From Raja brachyura (Eukaryota), in the NCBI GenBank assembly GCA_963514005.1, contig OY740795.1:33232001-33296000 (forward strand): DNA of 64,000 bases, given 5' to 3'. The first letter of the stretch is position 1, and every line of letters starts with the position of its first letter. The position numbers and the translations under genes are program-made. This document shows, in pieces, positions 51,536 through 63,236 of the stretch. The notes beneath the pieces were generated by a model. That model was not told the DNA's origin. It did not search any database and was given only the letters and a program-made list of their open reading frames with translations.

Positions 51536-53251
51536 GACGAATGGCATTGGTCAGTTTCTAAGTCCAACCAGAGTATGACTTGATGTGGGTGGCTTAGAGT
51601 TAGGTTTCCCTCATACTTACCAATAAAAATGAAGCAGTAATGATATTGACCACATGAAATCAAATGCTTTCCATCATAGAAGGATGGTTATTATACTGAA
51701 GGAAGCCATTTGGCTTGTCCAGTCTATATTGTGTTTTTGCAAAATATAATCCAATTAACCTCATTCCAATTAAAATCTATGTACATAGATAATGTTTCTT
51801 AGCGTGGAAGCTTCCATGGCTCTAATTTTAGCCTAGTCTTGCTCAGCTAGAATAGGCATCCAATCAGCTAGAGTTGGCCTGGTGCAAAGACTAAGTAAAG
51901 ATCTGTACCCAAGTGTTAAAATCCTGGCTGTGCTGATAAGTGATAATAGACAATGCTGGAAATATTCATGTGAGATAACACCTAAGAAAACAGAAGCAAC
52001 ATCAATCTTCAGGCCAATGATCTTTTATTCAAAGGCCATCAGCCTCAAACATAGACTGCATTTCACTCACCACAAATGCTGGCTGGCTTGCTGACTTTCT
52101 TTTAAAGCATTTTCTGATTTTCAGCATCTGCAGTTTGTGGCTTCTCAGGATAAAGAAATTTTGGATCAAGCCAAAGAATGAAGTTGCAAAAGATGTCTTC
52201 TCAATATATCCTTATAGTGGCCTTCGAGTAGACGTTTATATTCTATTGCAGGTTAACAGAGACAATTTTCTTACTTACCATATTGCTTGCATTTGCTACC
52301 GATTCCCACTGTACAAAGCAAGCTGCAACATTATTTGTAAGGCTATTATGATCACCTCATATGCTTGGATTTTGACTATCCAGTGTCCAATTATCTGAAG
52401 GTTATGGATTTGATTAGCACTAATAATTTATGAATATTTTACATACAGAAGCTACCACTGTTCTTATTCCTGCAGAGAAAAATTGAACTTGATCTCCACC
52501 TCGTCTCACTAACCAATGCAAAAAGGTGGGTAAATTGGCACAAGAATAGTCTGAATTAGCCTGGGGCTCTTTGGGGAGCGGTTGGGACTGTAGTTCAAGC
52601 TGATAATGAGATAAATGTATCCTCCATCTCTAATCCTTCCAAGTAAAATAGTTTGTTCATATCCTGGCTTCCAGTATGCCAAACCCATTGTTTAATGAGA
52701 CTTTTCCTCAGAAATCACTACTTTTAACCTAACACAAATTGATGACTTCAGTTGAAGGGGGCACATGGATAGGAAGCAAAGATATCCAGAGAATGATGGA
52801 AGCACTTTTCTGCAGTAGGGGCCAAAATTATGAGAGGACTACACAAAGGGAGATTTGCTTTGTGTATAATCTGTGCAACGCTTAATGTGCGAGTGATTCA
52901 TGTAGAACACTGAGTGAAAACATGGAATAATTCTGCTGATCTCCACTTTATATTCACGTCTGATGCATATCACTTATTTTGTAAGAAAGGTCACTGCACT
53001 CAAATGAACTAGGTTTAGACAAAGACACCCTTGTACTGCCTGACCCATTTATGAGGCTGATCTTAACCAGTCAAATGAACCATATATTCTGACTTTACAA
53101 CAGTAATCATTTCTGAGGCTCGCAATGAGGCTACCAGTTGGTTTGGAATGGGGGTGGGAGTGGGGTTAACGGCAAAAGTACACCAAGAATCAGAATGGTA
53201 CTGGAAAACCAAGTTAAAATGAATGTGTACGAAGAAACTGCAGTTTACATT

Positions 53252-53337
53252 GAAGATAGAAACAAAATGCTGGAGTAACTCAGTGGGACAGGGATAGAAG
53301 GAAAGGGTGATGTTTAGGGTCAAGACCGTTCTTCAGA
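53252..53337 (-). repeat. Penelope-derived short repeat with a degenerate hammerhead motif
   Basis: Minus strand reads CTGAAGAACGGTCTTGACCCTAAACATCACC...CTGAGTTACTCCAGCATTTTGT. Confidence 0.75.
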
Positions 53338-54106
53338 GGGGGATTAATATGGATGAGCAAGAATGGCAAGAATCACAAAATTCAGTTGGCATGTGTGTCA
53401 CATGGTGTAAATAAATTCCAACTATGCCAAGATCCTTGTCATGCCATATGTACTGCTTGCATGTTTGTAAAATATACTCAATTACTGAAATGAACCGATA
53501 CAGGTAAAATTTCAATTGGAACCGTGACCAATGTAAATAATCCAAGGTAGCCCTATGTTACCATGAAATTCAGCTCCATTTATTGGTCAGACCCCAGTAT
53601 GGGGATGTAATGGAGAATCCCAATGAAATGTCAACAATTCAGCGTGGTAAAAATTCCTTAAAAACCCATGTTAACGGTAGACCAAGCACTCATTATTACA
53701 ACACTGCAATGAGAACATAACATTTGCAATTAATATTTGCACAGGCATGTTCTGATCCTATCTGAAGGGCAAACTTACAAAATTAATTCAACTTTAGGTA
53801 ATACCCTACTCAAGAGAACTTAAATGGTATCAACTGAAGTATCGGCGTAGAAGTACTATGGTAAGGTGAAACCAAATACAATCAACCCAAGAAAGATGAT
53901 CCCATCCAGTGATTCAGGCCATTATATTTATTGCAGTAACTTTGTGAAATTCATAATCTAGAATAACCTACAGTAGCACAATCAGGAGCATCGTACCTCA
54001 TGTAGAAAATCTTGAATGGAGTGCTTTTTGTCGAGATTACCCACAAAGAGAAAAGCCATAAGGCAATATTGATATTAATTAATAGATTACGAATTTGTGC
54101 GCCCAA

Positions 54107-54855
54107 CTGTGGCGCAGCGGGAGAGTTGCTGCCTTATTGCACCAGAGAAGTGGGCTTGATCCTGACTACAGGTCATTAGGAATAGTAGAATTAGGCCATT
54201 TGGCCCATCGTCTACTCCACCATTCATTCAATCACGACTGATCTATCTCTCCCTCCTAACCCCATTCTCCTGCCTTCTCCCCATCACTTCCGACACCTGT
54301 ACTAATCAACAATCTATCTATCTCTGCCTTAAAGATATCCACAGCCTACAGTGGCAAAGAATTCTAGAGATTCACTACCTTCTGACTAAAGAAATTTATC
54401 CTTATCTCCCTCCTCAAAGTATGTAATTTAATTCTGAGGCAATGACCTCTTGTCCTAGACTCACCCACTAGTGGAAACATCCTCTCCACATCCACTCTAT
54501 CCAAGCCTTTCACTATTCTGTATTTTCAATTACGTCCCCCTCATTCTTCTCAACTCCAGTAAGTACCGAAAACTCTAGCAGTGCCGAAAATGATCATCAT
54601 AGGTTAACCTACTCATTCCTGGGATCATTCTTGTGGGCCCTCTCCAGAGCCAGCATATCCTTCCTCAGTGCTGTTTGTACAGAGCTTGTACGTTCTCGTT
54701 GTGACTGCACAGGTTTGTAGGTTAATTGGTAAGTTGAAAAATTGTCCCTAGTGTGTAGGATAGTGTTAGTGTATGGGGTGATTGCTGGTCGGCGCGGACT
54801 TGGTAGGCCGAAGGGCCAGTTTCAACACTGTCTCTCTCTCTAAAGTAAAGTTTAA
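54107..54855 (+). mobile_element. V-SINE (HE1-like) split by a CR1 insertion
   Basis: Head GTGGCGCAGCGGGAGAGTTGCTGCC...GATCCTGACTACAGG (to about 54172) resumes as TGCTGTTTGTACAGAG at about 54669 and ends in the tail ...TAAAGTAAAG. Confidence 0.85.
54173..54668 (-). mobile_element. CR1-type LINE 3' fragment nested in the SINE
   Basis: Reverse complement of the CR1 ORF2 end plus 3' UTR; similar to 56457-57087. Confidence 0.88.
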
Positions 54856-55154
54856 TAGGCCTGTCCCACTTACACGACTTTTGAAAATCCAGCAGCGACC
54901 AGAACAAGGTACGACTCTTTGGGCGACTGCTCTCGACCATACAGGCATCACTACACGACACGTCCTGGTGTCTCCTGTATGGTCCCGAGTAGTCTCCTCA
55001 GTCGCCCAAAGAGTCAGAGGGTCCTTCTAGTTACCAACATGTTGAAATGTAGCATCTTTCTGGATTTTCACCATGTTGAAAATGTTCGGTGACCTGCAAC
55101 GACCTATGACGGGTGCCGGCAGTCGACAAAAGTCGCGTAAGTGGAACAGGCACA
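54856..55154. mobile_element. PIF/Harbinger-type MITE
   Basis: TIRs TAGGCCTGTCCCACTTACACGACTTTT / AAAAGTCGCGTAAGTGGAACAGGCACA, with TAA on both sides (54853-54855, 55155-55157). Internal inverted repeat; no ORF. Confidence 0.8.
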
Positions 55155-56456
55155 TAACTCCAAAACACAAGTGTAAATGTGAAAGTCAGAAGAAATTATA
55201 AAATCTGAAAGGCAACTGGAATTTCAGGATAGCTTGTTACACCAGTTCAAGGAAAAAGGGACACGACTCAATTTCAGCCAGACCTTGCCACAACTCCCAG
55301 TAACTAAAATTCCATTCTCTGGTATTCCTGATACAATAGTGAAAATAAAGTTGACATTGAACTTCCAGATATTTAGCTAATTGTGCTTGGTGGTGTTGTG
55401 AAAGGCACTATGTAAATGCACACCCTTCTTTCAACTAATTTGAATCTGTACACAGATTTTATATAACCTCACGCAATATATATCCAACACACATGCTAAA
55501 ATTATAGATAAAGAATTGCTTGAGAAAAATTACAGAAATGCTTGGGTATCCTCCCCCACATTAGTGGCAGGAGATAAAATAATGTAAGAAATCAGTACAA
55601 AGCAACTCACAGTTCAATGCATTATTAATAATTTTCTGTCACTATACCAGAAATGCTTAAGAAGCGCAATATAACAATGCTCCTTCAGGACTTGAGTGTT
55701 ACCAATGAAATCTTTAATCCCACTCCTAAAGTAATTTATGCTGGGTAAACAGAATTCTAAAGCTTATTTTTGTTGGTCTTAAGTAGATCTGTGGGATGAT
55801 TACTTGTCATTGTTATATCTAGGAATCATAAGCATTTTCCAAAATGTGCATGCTCTCCATTTCAAGAAATATTGACTAGTGAAAATATTTCCATACTGTG
55901 ACATCACCTGCAGCAATCATCCCTCCTATTTTTTTCAAACTGCAGTTATAATCAAGACAATGGAGCTAATTTACAACATTTTGTTTTTCCATTGAGGGAG
56001 CAGGGAGCAGGTGAGGGGATCCGATGCAAAGTTTTGGTGTGTTTGTACTTTTGAGCAGATTTCAAACAATTGCAGCATGGTGGCAAATAAATTATTAAAA
56101 TAGAAAACCATCCAAAAACAAGTATGCACTCATTTAAATTCTACCTGATCTTTATACACAAATTAAATAAAATAACTTTCACTTGAAAATACTGAACCGC
56201 GAGTCAATTTTTCTGCACACAAGCATCCATCAAAGAGTTCAACCAGAGATTTGAAGTTCAATGTTGATGCTCTGATTGAGAAGCCTTCTAACAGTCTAAT
56301 CCAAGGACTACTGCCCCTCAGTCGTATGCTTTTTTGTAACTAAGGAGTTGCAGCGAGTATGATCCCTTCCGGATATTCAATGAGGAGGGGAGCATGTTCC
56401 TAGGAGGTGGCATGATATTGAAGGTGGTGGAATTTACAGAGGATGCTTGGCTGAAT

Positions 56457-57087
56457 TCATAACAAGAGGATTTCAGTATATGAGTAAAGAGGTTCTTCTG
56501 CAGTTGTATAGGGCTCTGGTGAGACCACATCTGAAGTATTGTGTACAGTTTTGGTCTCCTAATTTGAGGAAGGGCATCCTTGTGATTGAGGCAGTGCAGC
56601 GTAGGTTCACGAGATTGATCCCTGGGATGGCGGGACTGTCATGCGAGGAAAGATTGAAAAGACTAGGCTTGTATTCACTGGAGTTTAGAAGGATGAGGGG
56701 GGGATCTTATAGAAACATAAAATTATAAAAGGACTGGAGAAGCTCGATGCAGGAAAAATGTTCCCAATGTTGGGCGAGTCCAGAACCAGAGGCCACAGTC
56801 TTAGAATAAAGGGGAGGTCATTTAAGACTGAGGTGAGAAAAAACTTTTTTACCCAGAGAGTTGTGAATTTATGGAATTCCCTGCCACAGAGGGCGGTGGA
56901 GGCCAAATCACTGGCTGGATTTAAGAGAGAGTTGGATAGAGCTCTAGGGGCTAGTGGAGTCAAGGGATTTGGGGAGAAGGCAGGCACGGATTATTGATAG
57001 CGGATGATCAGCCATGATCACAATGAATGGCGGTGCTGGCTCGAAGGGCTGAATGGCCTCCTCCTGCACCTATTTTCTATGTTTTTA
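56457..57087 (+). mobile_element. Young 5'-truncated CR1 LINE
   Basis: ORFs 56447..56728 (LYRALVRPHLKYCVQFWSP) and 56758..56997 (RTRGHSLRI...FFTQRVVNLWNSLP). Tail TTTCTATGTTTTTATG; TGAAT duplicated at 56452-56456 and 57088-57092. Confidence 0.95.
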
Positions 57088-57559
57088 TGAATGTAAAGGG
57101 TTGTGGGTACAAGGGGAATCCCATTTCTGTTGTGTTTTGGAGGAAAAGGGGTGTGAGCAAATTTCCAGGAGGTGGAAGGCATTCAATTAAGAGCACTGTC
57201 TACCATGGTAGGGGAGAGGGGGAAGCAGCTAGGAAGATATCTAGTGTGAGAGGGTATATTCTATACATAAGGGATTTGAAGAAACAGATTACAAATAGTT
57301 CCATGTTAACTGAAGAGACTTGAAAATTGTAGGTTCAGTCACCTTTAAGTGTTTATTGGTCGAAATTGTCTCCTACAGGAATGGATTTTATTTGTGATAC
57401 TTGTATACCCAATTCAACTACTGTTTTTCTTTCTCTACTTTCACCTTCCTCTGGGCCACGTTTTCTCACTAGCCTTCCCTTTTACATGGTTTCATTATCC
57501 TTTCTGATCTTTTACTTGCTGTTTGCAGTGATCTTTTACTTGTTTGCTACCAGTCCTCA

Positions 57560-58600
57560 GCCTCAGTGGAGGCCTCCACTTCATTCATTGCATCCCTCTC
57601 AGTAAATTCCAACTCAAACATATCACCTGCCATTCCATTACTTCCCATTGTCTGGATTCAGGAGTACGCATCCCAAACTGTGGACCTTTTCCCAAGTTCA
57701 GAATTCCTGATTTACCTGGTTCTATTCTCCTGGCCTCTTCACATATACTTGTCTCTAAATGTATGATATTGACCACTGTAACCTATTAGCTCCCCTTACT
57801 CTGTCTGCCTTACCCCCTTATCCTCTCTCTGCCCCGCTCACCAAGAACCAACCTCAACATTATCATTAAGCTGCCTGTTGGACTTAACTCAATCTTGGTG
57901 CACTGATTTTCAACTCTTTAACTCTCAACTTACCCCCCACTGGACTGCACCACCATCTAAGTTGCTGAGTTACTCTCTCTGGGAAATGTTTCTTCCCAGC
58001 CTCTGCCTTTGCTTTCAATCTCCTTCTCAGGAGACGTTTTGCAACCAATATCTACCAAAAGCCCATGGACCTCCCACAACTATCATGATAGAAACATAGA
58101 AAATAGGTGCAGGAGTAGGCCATTCGGCCCTTCGAGCCTGCACCACCATCAATATGATCATGGCTGATCATTCAACTCAGTATCCTGTACCTGCCTTCTC
58201 TCCATACCCCCTAATCCCTTTAGCCACATCACGTCCTGATATCACATCCTCCTATCCACTTCCTGCAAGGATACCACTCCATTCTGTTTCTTCAATTCCC
58301 TTATGTATATAATATATCCTTTCACACTAGATATATTCCTTGTTGCTTCCCCCTCTCCCCCACCATGGTAGACTGCGCCCTTAATTGCATGCCTTCCATC
58401 TCCTGGCAATTTGCTCGCACCCCTTTTCCCCCAAAACACAGCAGAAATGGGATTCCCCTTGTACCCACCAGCCTTTACATTCAGCCAAGCAGGCTCTGTA
58501 AATTCCACCACCTTCAATATCATGCCATCCCTAGGAACATGCTTCCCTCCCCATTGAATATTCTGAAGAGATCATACTCTCTGCAACTCCTTAGTTACAA
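57560..58600 (+). mobile_element. Decayed Penelope-like element (reverse transcriptase C-terminal and linker region)
   Basis: Degenerate KP.DSHNY...TSS.P.SCKD..PF and IPLV.....L.IQ....FHHLQ.....PSP motifs. The 5' boundary is uncertain. Confidence 0.65.
58085..58228 (-). mobile_element. CR1 3'-end fragment inserted in the Penelope-like remnant
   Basis: ATAGAAACATAGAAAATAGGTGCAGGAGTAGGCCATTCGGCCCTTCGAGCC is the reverse complement of the CR1 tail. Confidence 0.9.
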
Positions 58601-60354
58601 AAATCGCATACGACTGAGGGGCAGTAGTCCTCAGATTAGACATAATATTATTTAATGGCATGGCAAACCAGAGGGAAACCTAAGTGTCATCCTGTGTTAA
58701 CCTTCCTCTCTTTGCTTATGAAGAATCTCCCAATTTCCCACTAAAAATATGCAAAGATACCCAATCTGTAATATTAATTGTTTTTCTCTCGCTGAAGTTG
58801 CTGCCTGATGTACTGAATATATCCAGTTATGTTTTCATTTTTTATTTCCAGCACGTTGTATTTTATATCCCAAAATTCCTGCATTATTTATTCTGCCCCC
58901 TCCTTCCACTCTCATTCATCTCCTTCTATGTACATCTCCAGACAGCTCAGCTGCATCTAACAAGCATTCGCCAGTCTCACTCAGACCACAACCACATGTC
59001 ATCCACCCACTCCCAATCTCCACCCTTGCATTAACTCCATTTCTTCATCTCCATCCTCCCCTTTTCCAGGATTTAAAATGTGCTTCATTTTTTAACTTTG
59101 CCTAGCATGATGCAAAAGCCATCAACCTTAAACGTTAACTCAATTCTTCTTTTCCGGTGATGCAGTCTGACCTGCTCAGTATTTGTGGAATTTTCTGTTT
59201 TAGAACTAGAGAAAGAATTGAAATAAGAGCAGAGTGAGCAGAGAGAGCTCTCCTGAATAAAGTTTACTTTAAATAAATAGACTTGCAATCCTTTGTGAAT
59301 CCAGTGAATAGTTAGTAAGATGACTTCATCAAACAATGGGCCCGCGTTGCTTCTACTTCAACGTGACAATACACTATATATTCAACAGAATACTTCCCCT
59401 TATAACAAGTATCAGTGAAGCAGTGGTGAAGGATGAGAGACAAAATGACATTAGAGAGCTACATATGTTGTCAATGCTCTTTAAATAGCCATAATCTAAA
59501 TGAAAAGTTTGCCAATCAAAATAATTTTAAAAGTTCATAGATTCTAAATATAAGAAACATCTACAATAACTCATTTATCTATTATATATGAGCACCATTT
59601 CAATGAAACTAGCCCTGGGGGTGGGTTTTGAGCATCACGTCATGCAACTCATTAAGTCAGATATTCCTAACCTTACACGACAGGCTGCTTAATGCTCCTT
59701 CCACCCACCAAACATCGAGAGGCAGCAATTATATTTTATACCCAGGATCCAGTCCTCAAATGAGCTCCAAAACTCTCCAGACAGGCTAAATATCAGCTAA
59801 TCATCAAATAATTTTGCCCTATTATAATCCCAAAGATTCATTTTCGGTTGAGGCAGCAAGTAGCTCCAGAAAGAGCCTTCAGAATCTACCCCTCATTTAA
59901 ATGACCCTCATAGAAAACTTCATGAACTTTAATCAGATTGTTATATCTTGGAAGCACTGTGCTAGAGCTCACCATCTCCATCCCAAAAGCCATCCAATAT
60001 TATGAGAAGGAAATTGCTCCTTCACCCATCGCTCTGCACACTCACATATATGAAAATGGTGCAAGTCTTTCACAATTTTAAAGCAGCCGTCTTTTATTGC
60101 TACATTTCCCAACAAGAACGCGCAGGGAGAAAAACTCTCCTTTCTCCCCAATCTTTTGACCCTCTTGGTGTTTTGTTATTTTGCATCCAACTTAGCCTTT
60201 TCATTATTTATTCAGATTGTGAGCAGAATAGTTACTTCACATTTTTATAAACCCTGAATAAGTAATTTCAAAGGCCAATTAAGAGTCAAGCTCATTGCTG
60301 TACATCAGTGATCGTGTGAAGTCCAAGAAAGTGTGTCAAGTTGCTCTTCCTGGA

Positions 60355-60716
60355 GGATACACAGTGGCAAAGTGGTAGAGTTGCTGTCACAGCGCCAAAG
60401 ACCCAGGTTCGATCCTGACTATGGGTGCTGTCTGTACAAAATTTGTACGTTCTCCTATGACTGGGTTTTCTGGGGGTGTTCGGGTTTTCTCCCACACGCC
60501 AAAGATGTACAGGTTTGCAGGTTAATTGGCTTCATAAAATTGTAAAATTGTCCCCATTGTATAGTATAGCGCAAGTGCAAGGGGTAATCAACTCTGAAGT
60601 TTCTATTGTAGCCTTTAAAATACGTTATATTTCAATACTTGAGGGGTAATCACTGGTCGGCACGGACTTGGTGGGTCAAAGGGCCCAGTTCCCTGCTGTA
60701 CCTCAAAAGTCTACAG
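60355..60716 (+). mobile_element. V-SINE (HE1-like) with a 51-bp internal insertion
   Basis: A box TGGCAAAGTGG, B box GGTTCGATCC, central V-like domain and CR1-like tail. Confidence 0.88.
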
Positions 60717-61010
60717 TTTGGTGAGCCAAGTGAATCTTTGCAATCTGAATCTTGCTTGCCCAAAGAAGGCAGCAGTACCAGACTTGATTCTGAGAAGTGA
60801 GCCAGAACTGAGCAGCTATCATAACAGGAACATACAGGAAACAGCCATTATGAACTTTACAGTGATTGATATGTTACATGATATTGACCATACCAAGATA
60901 AATATAACCAATTGAAAGAGGGCCAATTGAAATGGGATAAAGACATATCACTGGCAAATTGGGATCAACATTTGGCATGAAGAGTGGAGTTTTTAAGGAA
61001 GAGCTGTTTC

Positions 61011-61289
61011 AATAGACAATAGGTGCAGGAGTAGGCCATTTGGCCCTTCGAGCTAGCACCGCCATTCAATGTGACCATGGCTGATCATCCCCAATCAGTA
61101 CCCCGTTCCTGCCTTCTCCCCATATCCCCTGACAGCTATTTTTAAGAGCTCTATTTAGCTCTCTCTTGAAAGCATCTAGAGATCCTGCCTCCACCGACCT
61201 CTGAGGCAGAGAATTCCACAGACTCACCACTCTCCATGAGAAAAATGTTTCCTCGTCTCCGTTCTAAATGGCTTACTCCTTATTCTTAA
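61011..61289 (-). mobile_element. CR1 LINE 3' fragment
   Basis: Near reverse complement of 9381-9610, with the same (ATTGTCT)n tail subtype. Confidence 0.9.
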
Positions 61290-61599
61290 GAGGGCGGTTT
61301 TATAGATTTACATTCCCACAGAGGGAAAAGGTTAGGAAAATTGAAGCCAGAGCTCTATGGTTGACCAAAGTGATAAATGGGCTTGGGGAAAAAAGACAAA
61401 ATGGCAAATGCGAGTTTGTTAACAGAGGAGAAGCAGGTCAATTACAGAATGATCAGAGAGAAGTCAAGGAAATGACAAAGAGTGAGCATGAGAAAAAACT
61501 GACAGGAAACAATAAACTTTTTCCGGGTTGTGAATAGATAGTTGGAAGAGGAGAATGGGTTGATTAGAAATATTCATGGAGTAAGAGGGAATGGTTCAG

Positions 61600-62260
61600 T
61601 AGTAAATGAGAACTTGTTGTTAGTCTTCAACAAAAAGATGATTCTAAAGTCTCTGTAAAAGATGTATTGAGATTCTGAATGAGCTAAAAATCATTGAAGT
61701 GGAAGTACCAGCACACTTAATGATAAATCACCTGGTCCAGATGAGATGTATGCTAGGTTACTGAGAGAAGAAAACAGAAAATTGCAGAAGGCATACCCTT
61801 AATTTTCCATGCATCTATCAAATATGGGGGAGATCCTTAAGAATCAGAATATTACAATATTACACCATTGTTCAAAAAAAAATGCATGATAAACTAAATT
61901 TTAACACCCAAGAAAGAATAGTCAGGAATATAATACCTGTCACTTAGAAAAGTGTGGATTAATTTGAGAAAAAGAGCATGGCTATGTTATAGGCAAATCG
62001 AATGCAATTAAAATGACAGAGCCTGCAGTGGTATACAGAGTCTGAAAAGGCACAAAATAGATTTGTCATCAAAAAATGTTATATAGAGCGAGTGGTTAGT
62101 ATTGGGAATGTTCTGCCAGTGGAGTTAGATTCATGCATCATTCAAAGTGGAGCCAAATAAGTATTGAAAAATAATGCATTTTAAGGGCTACAATTAAAAA
62201 AATGGGGGGGACAGGGGTAAGATGAGACCAGCTGCACTTACACAGAGCTGAATGGCCAAT
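61600..62260 (+). mobile_element. Very old CR1 ORF2 remnant
   Basis: GATAAATCACCTGGTCCAGATGAGATGTATGCTAGGTTACTGAGAGAA reads DKSPGPDEMYARLLRE, a CR1 pre-RT motif. Confidence 0.65.
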
Positions 62261-62490
62261 TTAATTACTTGAATTTGAATTTCCCAGCTGCAATAGTGGG
62301 ATTCAACCTCTTGGCCCCAAAGCAAATGTCAAAACCTTCAACCATCAACCTAAATACCAGACTTAGGTAGGGCAAATATTTCCACATCCACAATTACAGC
62401 ACAATCTTAACTTGCTTGCTCTCAAAGGGGTGCATGTGGGTGGTTACAATTAAGTTCACTCAAAGAGGATCAGTTAACAAATTATGATAA

Positions 62491-63236
62491 ATTCATTCAA
62501 TTCAATTGCCCTTTATGTCATTCAAACATGCAAGTTTTGAACGAAATGTCATTCCTGCAGTCATAACAGCAAAAAAAACCAACACACACAATTAACACAA
62601 TTCCACATAAACATCCATCACAGTGAATCTCCAAACACCACCTCACTTTGATGGAAGGCAAAAGTTTTATCTCTTCCCTGTCCTTTCTTCTTCTCCCACA
62701 GTCAGGCAGCCAAACTGCAACGTCAAGGCGACCAGGGTTCCGATGTTAAAGCCCCCGGCGGGCATTGGTAAGTCCCACGACCGTTTAAGCCGCGCGGGGC
62801 GATGTGAGGCCCTACTCCAGGCCGATTCAAACCCTTCGATTCGGGCGGGGGAAATTGCCATTGCGGGAGCTCCGAAAATCGGTCTCCCACCAGGGACCTG
62901 AGAGCTCCCGACTCCATCGTCCACAGGGCCCGCGGCCGAAGCTCCGAAGTCGGGACACAGCCGCAGCGCCACCACAGCTCCGAAGCCAGCTTGCTCCACG
63001 ATGGTGAGCCCGCAGGCTCTACGGCTGGAGCCCTCAGGTCGATTCTGGTTGGAGGCCGCCAGCTCCACGATGTTAGACCCCAACGACAACAGGGACATGA
63101 CAAGGAAATGGTCGCGTCCCCGTTCTCCCCTCCAACATATACACAGCTAAAAATAAACCAAAAACATACTCCCAACAAGACAAAAAGAAAAAAGACAGAC
63201 GGACTGCAGGGAGACACTGCTACAAGGCGCCGCCCC
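62491..63236 (-). mobile_element. Young GC/CpG-rich non-autonomous retroelement with a (TTGAA)n-like tail
   Basis: Abrupt GC-rich block with internal AGCTCCGAA/GCTCCACGATG subrepeats. Minus-strand end ...ATGACATAAAGGGCAATTGAATTGAATGAAT resembles Rex1/Babar-type tails. ORFs in several frames show no recognisable domain. Confidence 0.6.

Larger units (their letters stand above)
56294..58641. repeat. Inverted repeat of ~360 bp of Penelope-like sequence (arms 56294-57288 and 58283-58641)
   Basis: The arms are reverse complements once the CR1 insert is removed from the left arm; compare ORFs 57027..57323 vs 58242..58523 and 56318..56530 vs 58365..58655. Confidence 0.9.

Noticed and set aside
52273-52281. 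A third minus-strand ATG|GTAAGT
   Set aside because: It is isolated in CpG-poor, repeat-dense sequence. Treated as background, and as a caution for the 34229 and 35050 calls.
60361-60420. tRNA gene
   Set aside because: The A/B boxes belong to a SINE head that continues into the V domain; no complete cloverleaf.
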